DNA from: Patescibacteria group bacterium UBA6017
Lineage (GTDB): Bacteria > Patescibacteriota > Saccharimonadia > UBA4664
Direction: 5' to 3'
Assembly: GCA_002429485.1 (NCBI GenBank)
Contig: DIZX01000016.1
Location: forward strand, 14,889-78,888
DNA: 64,000 bases
Shown here: one piece after another, positions 26,126 through 33,788 of the stretch
Layout of the letters: every line of letters starts with the position of its first letter
How positions within the stretch are numbered: the first letter of the stretch is position 1
Position numbers and translations under genes: made by a program
Notes under the pieces: generated by a model
What the model was told of the DNA's origin: nothing
Databases searched by the model: none
The model's input: the letters and a program-made list of their open reading frames with translations, nothing else

Positions 26126-26797
26126 GTGGCATCCCGCCCAGTCAACGACACTGCCACCAGTCACTACGCCATTTTGGGCGTTTCCAGAGGTGCTTCTATC
26201 GGTGACATCAAGCGTGCCTACCATGCTAAGGCCAAGTCGGCCCACCCTGATGCCGGCGGCAACGTGGCTGCTATGTCTCGCGTTAACGTTGCCTACAAGA
26301 TTCTCAGCGATCCCATTACCCGCCGCGACTACGACGCCGATCAAGCGGCCGCTGTACGCCATCATAATCAACCTTCGGCATCGTCGGCAGCCGCTCACGA
26401 GCCATCCCGATCCCAGCCGCAACGGCCTCGTGAGCAACCGATATACACCGATACTAGGGCCGATCAGGTTGACCGCGATCGAGCAGCATGGGCCAGACGT
26501 TCGGCCTGGGAAATGCTGCGCTTTACCACTCCGTTAGCCTTGGGCGCCATCATTATCCGGTTGTTCTTAACCACATATATTAGCGGCACGTCGGTAGTGC
26601 TCATTTTTAGTCTCATCACCTTCTTGCCGGTGTATCTGTTTGCCCTAAGCATAATTTTTATTACCGATCCTAGCCTACGCCTCGTGTTTGCCGACCTGGT
26701 CCGTCGTCATCCCACCACCAAGCACGATCGGACCGGCGCTCTGGCGGTCGTGCTGGCATTCTTGCCTCTGGCGGCCATCTGGGCGATTTGGCGATAA
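26126..26797 (+). CDS. DnaJ (J-domain) protein with a C-terminal membrane anchor.
   Basis: J-domain YAILGVSRGASIGDIKRAYHAKAKSAHPD (HPD motif), followed by three TM helices. Confidence 0.65.
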   Translation: MASRPVNDTATSHYAILGVSRGASIGDIKRAYHAKAKSAHPDAGGNVAAMSRVNVAYKILSDPITRRDYDADQAAAVRHHNQPSASSAAAHEPSRSQPQRPREQPIYTDTRADQVDRDRAAWARRSAWEMLRFTTPLALGAIIIRLFLTTYISGTSVVLIFSLITFLPVYLFALSIIFITDPSLRLVFADLVRRHPTTKHDRTGALAVVLAFLPLAAIWAIWR

Positions 26798-26879
26798 GCT
26801 TACGGCACTAGCAGCATCCAGATAGGGAGTGGTGTATAGTTGGGGTCGTCCGTACAACAACCCCCGACCTTAGGAAATC

Positions 26880-27206
26880 ATGTCAACCTCACGAGATTTT
26901 GGGCCATGCTGCCTATCGCCCGTCCAAGCCGCAGCGATGGGATTGCTGGCAATCGGCACTTACCCCGACCGGCGGACTTATCTGCACGTTCTTGATGGCA
27001 AATTCGGCCTCTCGCGCGCAGATTGGAAAGGAGTCCTTGAGAGCCTTCGCTACTTCGATCTCGTAGATCATCGGCCATTCGCCCACAACCTCTGGTGCAT
27101 CCTCGGGCCGACGTATGGTCTCACCGAGGCTGGACTACATCTCGAGATCGACAACCGATTGGAGCTAAGCGACTATGCGATGAGTGTAACCTCTCACTCG
27201 GCGTGA
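26880..27206 (+). CDS. Hypothetical protein.
   Basis: Open frame. No motif recognised. Confidence 0.3.
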   Translation: MSTSRDFGPCCLSPVQAAAMGLLAIGTYPDRRTYLHVLDGKFGLSRADWKGVLESLRYFDLVDHRPFAHNLWCILGPTYGLTEAGLHLEIDNRLELSDYAMSVTSHSA

Positions 27207-27402
27207 CCCAATCGTGCAAGCCTCATCCCCGCATGTACGGACGAACGCTTCTTGGTAAATTGCCAGGAAGCGTTTTTCCATGTATATTTCCCACAAGTTA
27301 TGAGTATAAATACCCAAAACAACCTGCTGGCCCTGCTGCTGCCCCTGACCACCCCGGACGGTATCGTTTGAGCTTGAGCTAAAACCAAAAAAGCCAAAAC
27401 AC

Positions 27403-27434
27403 CTCCCGACCGGAAACGAGCGGGAGTTTTTATT
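27403..27434 (+). promoter_or_regulatory. Hairpin plus T-run 27 nt upstream of the leuA ATG. Possible attenuator or leader terminator.
   Basis: acctcccgaccggaaacgagcgggagtttttattt: stem CTCCCG/CGGGAG. Lies within the 5' leader of leuA. Confidence 0.35.
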
Positions 27435-27460
27435 TATCAACATCATCACAAGGACATATT

Positions 27461-28951
27461 ATGAGCGACCAAATAATGATCTTCGACACCACCTTACGCG
27501 ACGGCGAGCAGGCCCCGGGCTGCCAACTCAACACTGTTGAAAAAATCGAGATTGCCCGCCAACTGGAAATTCTCGGCGTCGATGTGATCGAAGCCGGTTT
27601 CCCGATCTCGAGCCCCGGCGATTTTCAGAGCGTAGTCGAGGTCTCTAAGGCCGTATCCGTTCCCGTGATCTGCGCGCTCACCCGCGCCGTCCCGGGGGAT
27701 ATAGACGCCGCCGTAGAGGCCCTAAAATTTGCCAAACGCAAACGTATTCATACCGGCATCGGCGCCTCAGATATCCACATTCAACACAAATTTAACTCCA
27801 CCCGCGAAGATGTTTTGGCCCGCGGTGTCGCGGCCGTCAAGTACGCCCGGAAATTTGTCGAGGAAGTCGAATTTTACGCCGAAGACGCCGGCCGGGCCGA
27901 CAATGCCTATCTCGCTCAAATGATCGAGGCCGTGATCGCTGCGGGCGCCAGCTACGTCAATATCCCCGACACCACCGGCTACTGCACCCCCGATGAATTC
28001 GGCGCCAAGATCCGCTACCTGAAAGAGCACGTGAATAATATCGACCAGGCGATAATTTCCGTGCATTGCCACAATGATCTCGGTATGGCCACCGCCAACA
28101 CCATAGCTGCCATCCAAAATGGCGCCCGGCAAGTGCAAGTCACCATTAACGGCATCGGCGAGCGCGCGGGCAATACTTCGCTCGAAGAAATCGCCATGAT
28201 CCTCAAAACCCGCCAAGATCTCGCCGCCCATACCAACCTCGATACCACGAAAATTTATCCCACCAGCCGCCTCGTTTCGCGCCTCATGCGCATGCCGGTG
28301 CAGGCCAATAAGGCTATTGTCGGCCGCAATGCCTTTGCCCATTCCTCGGGCATTCACCAAAACGGCTTGCTCAAAAACCGCCTCACTTACGAAATAATGC
28401 AGCCCTCCGATATCGGCATCAAGGACAATTCCCTCGATCTCAGCGCCCGCAGCGGCCGCTCCGCGCTCAAGCATCACTTGGATCGCCTCGGGTATAGCCC
28501 TGAACCAACCGAGCTCGATGCGGTTTATCAGGAGTTCCTCGTGCTCGCCGACCGCAAAAAGCAAATCGCCGACGACGATTTGCGCCAACTCATGGGCGAT
28601 CACGCTGCCGCTGGCGGTATTGAAATTGTGGCCGTTGACGTTCATTCCGGCACTTCTATCGCCCCGAAGGCCACCGTAAAGCTCGCGGTAGGCGGCACCG
28701 AGCACCAGGCTACCGCCGCCGGCAACGGTCCCGTCGATGCTGCCTTCCGAGCGGTAAACGAGATCATTAAGCAGCCCGTAGTTCTTGAAGAATACCTGGT
28801 GCAAGCCATCACCCACGGCACCGACGATACCGGTAAAGTTCACGTGCAGCTGGCTCACAACGGCCACCTTTACTACGGTTTTGGCGCCGATACCGACATC
28901 ATCGTGGCCTCGGTGAAGGCCTATATTGACGCTCTGTCCAAATTAACCTAA
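27461..28951 (+). CDS. leuA: 2-isopropylmalate synthase.
   Basis: N-terminal [14 protein letters not shown] (DRE-TIM metallolyase motif). HxH metal site (SVHCHNDLG). C-terminal LeuA dimerisation/regulatory domain. Confidence 0.9.
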   Translation: MSDQIMIFDTTLRDGEQAPGCQLNTVEKIEIARQLEILGVDVIEAGFPISSPGDFQSVVEVSKAVSVPVICALTRAVPGDIDAAVEALKFAKRKRIHTGIGASDIHIQHKFNSTREDVLARGVAAVKYARKFVEEVEFYAEDAGRADNAYLAQMIEAVIAAGASYVNIPDTTGYCTPDEFGAKIRYLKEHVNNIDQAIISVHCHNDLGMATANTIAAIQNGARQVQVTINGIGERAGNTSLEEIAMILKTRQDLAAHTNLDTTKIYPTSRLVSRLMRMPVQANKAIVGRNAFAHSSGIHQNGLLKNRLTYEIMQPSDIGIKDNSLDLSARSGRSALKHHLDRLGYSPEPTELDAVYQEFLVLADRKKQIADDDLRQLMGDHAAAGGIEIVAVDVHSGTSIAPKATVKLAVGGTEHQATAAGNGPVDAAFRAVNEIIKQPVVLEEYLVQAITHGTDDTGKVHVQLAHNGHLYYGFGADTDIIVASVKAYIDALSKLT

Positions 28952-29010
28952 TTCACTTTTATGCGAGTTCTCCCAACTAACCCTCATTTAACTTCGGTTA
29001 ACGCCCATGT

Positions 29011-29111
29011 CGGACCTATGCCCATAATGGGACATCAAATTTTTCACAAAATATTTCCAGATACAAAATAACTTTTTCACAAGCCCATGTCCCATTATGG
29101 GCATAGGTCCG
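29011..29111. repeat. Perfect 25-bp inverted repeat with a 51-nt spacer, between leuA and yceD.
   Basis: Arm 1 at 29011-29035 is cggacctatgcccataatgggacat. Arm 2 at 29087-29111 is its exact reverse complement (atgtcccattatgggcataggtccg). Each arm is preceded by gcccatgt. The spacer contains the direct repeat tttttcacaa twice. Confidence 0.85.
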
Positions 29112-29298
29112 CAACGTGCATGCCCCCGGGGAAATATATATCTACATAACGCCCCAAAACGATCTATACGTGTATATTCCAAGATTTGCCAATATACACA
29201 ATAAACTCAAAGCGCGCACCCATTATAGGAATAATCCTAACCAACCCTACCATTTGCCAAACCACCCCAGATAAGATATAATCTCCCTCAAGAGTGCT

Positions 29299-29775
29299 AT
29301 GCACATCAACGTACGCGACATACTAGTTGAATCGGTCGGGTACAGTAGTACATACAAGATCACAGGCGAACGCCCGGATCTTGAAGCTGTCATACTGACC
29401 CGAGATATAGAGGGGGAGATTTCGATCTCTCGGCTCGATAATAGCTTGCTCGTTCGCGGGCACTTGGCTACCGAAGTCGAACTTGAATGCCATCGTTGCT
29501 TGAGCACTTTTAGCCGCCCTGCTGAGTTTAGTCTCAAGCAGGAATACGCCGAGGAGCCTGTAGACGAACAAATGCCTTTCGAGGGTGATGTCATTGACAT
29601 TGCACCGCTCGTAGAGCAAGAGATCATCTTAGGTCTTCCCATCAAAATACTTTGCCGCCTGGATTGCCCGGGTATCAAAGAGGCGCAGGGCAGGTATACT
29701 AAAGAAGACAATATTGGTGTGCGTCTTGCAGACAAGGCGCACATAACGAAAGGAACCCATCGTGGCCGTACCTAA
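29299..29775 (+). CDS. yceD: YceD/DUF177-family protein (accumulation factor for the large ribosomal subunit, usually upstream of rpmF).
   Basis: ECHRCL...C Zn-like pattern. Length 158 aa. Sits immediately upstream of rpmF. Confidence 0.65.
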   Translation: MHINVRDILVESVGYSSTYKITGERPDLEAVILTRDIEGEISISRLDNSLLVRGHLATEVELECHRCLSTFSRPAEFSLKQEYAEEPVDEQMPFEGDVIDIAPLVEQEIILGLPIKILCRLDCPGIKEAQGRYTKEDNIGVRLADKAHITKGTHRGRT

Positions 29776-29929
29776 GAAACGTACTACCAGGACTGCTCAA
29801 GGTCAGCGTCGTTCGCACCTGGCACTCAGCCCCATTCAGCTAGTGAGCACCTCCACCGGAGCCCTCGTCCCTCGCCGCCTCAAAAAGGCTGCCGAGCTCG
29901 GATTGCTCAAAACTACCAAGAAAGTCTAG
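29762..29929 (+). CDS. rpmF: 50S ribosomal protein L32 (GTG start). Not present in the supplied ORF track.
   Basis: Translation is (M)[54 protein letters not shown]. The conserved L32 N-terminus is AVPKKRTS...RRSH. Overlaps the yceD stop by 14 nt. Confidence 0.7.
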   Translation: MAVPKKRTTRTAQGQRRSHLALSPIQLVSTSTGALVPRRLKKAAELGLLKTTKKV

Positions 29930-29940
29930 GCAAACTAGCT

Positions 29941-30405
29941 ATGGCCTCCAACCGTCATCTCGGCCGAATTGTCGCCATGCAGACGCTCTACGAGCACGAT
30001 TTTCGGTCTGGCGACGAGACAGAACGTGAGCTCTCGCCGATATTGCAGCGTAATCTCGACGAGTTTCGCTCCAGTATCGACGACACCAATTTCGTTGAAG
30101 ATCTCGTAGGGGGCGTCTCCGACAGCCAAACCGCCATCGACGCCATCATCGGCCCGGCCGCTCCGGAATGGCCGGTCGACCAGATCGCCAAGATCGATAA
30201 GGTCGTGCTGCGCATCGGCGTCTACGAGCTGATGATCAAACGTGACGTGCCGCCCAAGGTGGCAATTAATGAAGCCGTTGAACTCGCCAAAACCTTTGGC
30301 GGCGAAAACTCGAGCAAATTTATCAACGGTGTGCTCGGAACTATTTACCGAAACAGTGAATTTTATGAACCAGAAGAAGACCCGTCGGCCAAACCGATCG
30401 GCTAA
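29941..30405 (+). CDS. nusB: Transcription antitermination factor NusB.
   Basis: [13 protein letters not shown]... GVLGTIYR helical NusB signature. Lies in the usual context next to rpmF and rnc. Confidence 0.8.
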   Translation: MASNRHLGRIVAMQTLYEHDFRSGDETERELSPILQRNLDEFRSSIDDTNFVEDLVGGVSDSQTAIDAIIGPAAPEWPVDQIAKIDKVVLRIGVYELMIKRDVPPKVAINEAVELAKTFGGENSSKFINGVLGTIYRNSEFYEPEEDPSAKPIG

Positions 30406-30862
30406 ACCAAAATCCAATCGAAATCCCAAAGCTGTTCGCGAATATACCGCGGGCGGTGTGGTGTGGCGCCGTGTCGGCGACAACTTCGAGATCCTCATGA
30501 TCCAGGATCGCCTCGGCCGCTGGACCATCCCCAAGGGGCACGTCGAGGAAGGCGAGAGCCTGGAGCAGACCGCTCTGCGCGAAGTCGCCGAAGAAACCGG
30601 CCTCACCGAGTTTCGTATGGGCGAAAAGCTCGATAAACTGCACTTTTTCTATCGCAAGGAAGGGAAACTTATTTTTATGACAACTCACGTTTATCTCATG
30701 GAGGCCATCGGCGACACCGACGCCGTTGTTGCCGAGGATTCCGAAGGCATCGTGGATGCCAAATGGTTCGGCTCCGATGAAGCTCTCGGGCTCATCGAAT
30801 ACCGCGACACCGAGAAGCTTTTCCGCCTCGGCCTTGATAAGATTCAGGCCGCAGCCCTATGA
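30365..30862 (+). CDS. NUDIX hydrolase.
   Basis: NUDIX box [22 protein letters not shown]. Start placed at the ATG at 30365 (MNQKKTRRP...), which overlaps the nusB 3' end. The ORF-track start at 30242 is probably too far upstream. Confidence 0.7.
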   Translation: MNQKKTRRPNRSAKPKSNRNPKAVREYTAGGVVWRRVGDNFEILMIQDRLGRWTIPKGHVEEGESLEQTALREVAEETGLTEFRMGEKLDKLHFFYRKEGKLIFMTTHVYLMEAIGDTDAVVAEDSEGIVDAKWFGSDEALGLIEYRDTEKLFRLGLDKIQAAAL

Positions 30863-31560
30863 ATCCGCTGCAAGAATTCCAGGACCGCCTCGGCATTCAT
30901 TTTAACGATATCTCGCTGCTCGAGCGGGCATTTATCCACCGATCTTACCTCAATGAACATCCCAAACTTGGCTTAGAGCACAATGAGCGTATCGAGTTCC
31001 TCGGTGATGCCGTGCTTGAGCTCGTAGTTACCGACTTCCTCTACCGCACCTATCCCAACCCTGAGGGTGACCTCACGAACTGGCGCTCAGCCCTCGTGAA
31101 AACCGAATCTCTGGCGACTGTAGCCGAGACTCTGAAGATTTCGGAGTATTTCAAGCTCAGCCGTGGCGAGGCCAAGGGCAATGCCCGCTCGCACGCGCTC
31201 ATTTCGGCCAACGCCGTCGAGGCAATTATCGGTGCGACCTATCTGGATCAGGGCTACGACATGGCCAAAAAATTCATCACCGACCACATTATTTCGCGCC
31301 TGCCGGAAATTCTCGAGACCGGCACCTGGATGGACCCCAAGAGTAAATTTCAGGAAGTCGCTCAGGAGCGTTTTGGCCTCACGCCCAACTACAAAGTGAT
31401 GGAAGAAGCCGGACCCGATCACGATAAGATTTTCACCATCGGGGTCTACGTGGGCGATTCGCTTTACGGCAAGGGCTCCGGCTCATCCAAGCAGGCCGGC
31501 CAGCAGGAGGCTGCCGCCGCCGCCCTCGAGAAGCTGGTTCAAGCCAAACCCGTAGCATAA
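30859..31560 (+). CDS. rnc: Ribonuclease III.
   Basis: RNase III signature ERIEFLGDAVLELVVTDFLY. C-terminal dsRBD. Overlaps the NUDIX gene's stop. Confidence 0.9.
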   Translation: MNPLQEFQDRLGIHFNDISLLERAFIHRSYLNEHPKLGLEHNERIEFLGDAVLELVVTDFLYRTYPNPEGDLTNWRSALVKTESLATVAETLKISEYFKLSRGEAKGNARSHALISANAVEAIIGATYLDQGYDMAKKFITDHIISRLPEILETGTWMDPKSKFQEVAQERFGLTPNYKVMEEAGPDHDKIFTIGVYVGDSLYGKGSGSSKQAGQQEAAAAALEKLVQAKPVA

Positions 31561-31676
31561 GGAACTTGTAGGATATTCCTAATTCGTACCGAATATAGCC
31601 TGTTAATTTTGTAATCCTGCTATAATTTCACCAGACATACCGCCGAACCGGCGGGTGCCGGTTCCCTGACAAGGGA

Positions 31677-32585
31677 GTGAAAATGAGCGTCCACCCGCTT
31701 CGCCTGCACGTACCGTCGGTACCCAAGAGGGTCACGGGACTTGCTCCGCAAGAGCACAGGATTATTGTTTTGCCCGGCGGTTTCAAGATGCACGTTCTTG
31801 TCATCAACCCCGGCAAAGCTGATGTTGTACTGTTTCTGCATGGGGTCGGGGCTTCACCGGATCTCCTACACCACCCGCTTTCCTGCTGGGCCAAGGCCCA
31901 CGACGTCACCATGTGCGCCCTGTACTTGCCATGTCACGGCTTGAGCGACGATATTCGTTCATTTCCGGAGCTCATCGATGTCATCGGCCTGGCGGCCGAG
32001 AAGCTCGGGCTTCGCAGCGCCGTGTTCATGGGGCATTCGCTCGGAGCGCATCTTGTCGTGTGTCTGGCCGAATCCCGCCCGGATCTCATGGCATCCGGCG
32101 TCGTCCTGTCGCTGCCCACCAAGATTTATACCTCGGGGCTCCATTTCCTGGCCACAATGCCCGCATTGGGGATCGACGCCTACGTCACCTCGAATGTAGC
32201 GATGCTTGGGTCGTTCTTCCACGGGAACCCCATGGCGTTGGCTTCAGCCTTCGTCGATGCTGGCGTCCGTATGGCCAACGGCTACCGAATCTACGATGTT
32301 CTGAAGGGAGCACCCGACCTCGCAGGCATATTGCCTCACGTTTTGCAGCCCATGATCTCGCTGCACGGTGGCTTTGATCTCGCCGTACTGCCGGCCAAGT
32401 TCGCCTCCGGAGGCAACTTCGAGAGTATTGTCCTGCCAGGGATGCCTCACAACTTCCTGTGGTTGGACTGGACCATTCCGGTAGTCTCGGATGCCCTCGG
32501 AAGGGCTCTGCAGTCAGTCCGCGTCCAGCCGCTGGCTGAGGTCATCACCCTCCCTAACCGCCTTCTCGGCGCCGCCGTTTCTTAG
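31677..32585 (+). CDS. Alpha/beta-hydrolase fold protein (paralog 1).
   Basis: HGVGASPDLL. LPCHGLSDD. Nucleophile elbow GHSLGAHLV. GTG start, with a -10-like TATAAT upstream. Confidence 0.65.
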   Translation: MKMSVHPLRLHVPSVPKRVTGLAPQEHRIIVLPGGFKMHVLVINPGKADVVLFLHGVGASPDLLHHPLSCWAKAHDVTMCALYLPCHGLSDDIRSFPELIDVIGLAAEKLGLRSAVFMGHSLGAHLVVCLAESRPDLMASGVVLSLPTKIYTSGLHFLATMPALGIDAYVTSNVAMLGSFFHGNPMALASAFVDAGVRMANGYRIYDVLKGAPDLAGILPHVLQPMISLHGGFDLAVLPAKFASGGNFESIVLPGMPHNFLWLDWTIPVVSDALGRALQSVRVQPLAEVITLPNRLLGAAVS

Positions 32586-32820
32586 CCGGCGCCATCTAGT
32601 TTGTCTGTCGCTGAGTATGAGCCCCGACAGCCCGACGCAACGCCATATCCCTTTCGGGGGGTGTGGCGTTTGTCAGTTTAGGGGCTTTGTAGAGCAGTCT
32701 AAATTATTCGCGTGTATCTTGCATAATTCTTATGATTATGCTATTATCAACCTCAGGCATTATCCCGATTTCACTTTTGAGTCGGCGAAACGCCGGTTCA
32801 CTGACAGTAGGGAGAGGACC

Positions 32821-33618
32821 ATGGAGGTCCAGCAATACCCAGTCGTCCTAAAGGGTGGCCCTGTCATTATGACTGCCTGCATCAACCCTGGCAAAACTCG
32901 CCACGCCGTGTTCCTTCATGGGCTCGGTGCCTCGCCCCGTGCCATGTACCCGTTTCTCGAGTACGTTGCCGTAAAGGAGGGTGTTACGATCATTGCGCCT
33001 CGTCTGCCATGTCACGGTAAAAGTGACGACGTGGATACGGCGGATGAATTCATTGCTCGTCTCGGCGAGTGGGGTGAGGCCGTCGGGCTCTCAGGTGACT
33101 TGGTTGTCGGTCACTCTCTCGGTGCTCTTGTGCTTCCGCACATTGCAAAGCGTTTCCCGAACCAGATCGGGGCTGGGATTTGTCTTGCCTTGCCTACTGA
33201 GCCACTCTCGGGCAGGCTCGATCTGTACAGACGCCTTGTGCATGTCGGAACTGACGTCACCATCACTACTAGTGTCGCCTTGATTGAGGCCTTTCGGTAC
33301 GGTGACGGCCCAAGGTTCAGCAGGGCCGTCCAAAGCACTGCATCTGAGGGTTTCCGGCTGCGCCAAATGATGAAGGTGCTTCAGGGACTTTCGGATGTTG
33401 AGCTAGTCCTTGATGGGCTCGATATTCCGATCGCGCTCATGTGGGGGGAGCGCGACAGCGCCACTCCGCCACAAACCGAGCGCCTAGATCACCCAATCGT
33501 TCTTCCTGGCCAGCATCACTGTTTTCTGATGCTGCGCGAAGATTGGGAGCCGATTCGGGCTGAATTCCACGCCAAGCTCGAGTATCTCTCTCCCTCTCAA
33601 TCCGCCACGGCCTCATGA
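32821..33618 (+). CDS. Alpha/beta-hydrolase fold protein (paralog 2, tandem duplicate).
   Basis: HGLGASPRAMYPF. LPCHGKSDD. GHSLGALVLP. Strong RBS GGGAGAGGA before the ATG at 32821. The ORF-track start at 32491 is over-extended into the intergenic region. Confidence 0.65.
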   Translation: MEVQQYPVVLKGGPVIMTACINPGKTRHAVFLHGLGASPRAMYPFLEYVAVKEGVTIIAPRLPCHGKSDDVDTADEFIARLGEWGEAVGLSGDLVVGHSLGALVLPHIAKRFPNQIGAGICLALPTEPLSGRLDLYRRLVHVGTDVTITTSVALIEAFRYGDGPRFSRAVQSTASEGFRLRQMMKVLQGLSDVELVLDGLDIPIALMWGERDSATPPQTERLDHPIVLPGQHHCFLMLREDWEPIRAEFHAKLEYLSPSQSATAS

Positions 33619-33788
33619 CGCCGCGGCCCCATCGTCAACCCGACTACACCTTCTGGGTGCAGTCAATCAGACGAAAATGCCATCCCTGCCAACGCGGGGG
33701 TGGCATTTGTCATTTCTGTCTAACCGAATTTATCCCCATCTCCTCCACCTGATACAATAATGCTAATGGTGTTTGGAGCAGACTCAGC

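Noticed and set aside
27767-28867. 366-aa minus-strand ORF inside leuA.
   Set aside because: It is antisense to a well-supported leuA and has the low-complexity G/A/V composition of a shadow ORF.
28988-29182. 64-aa minus-strand ORF spanning the 25-bp inverted repeat.
   Set aside because: Its sequence is dictated by the palindrome (mirror-like peptide segments). It has no RBS and lies in an intergenic regulatory region, so it was not called as a gene.
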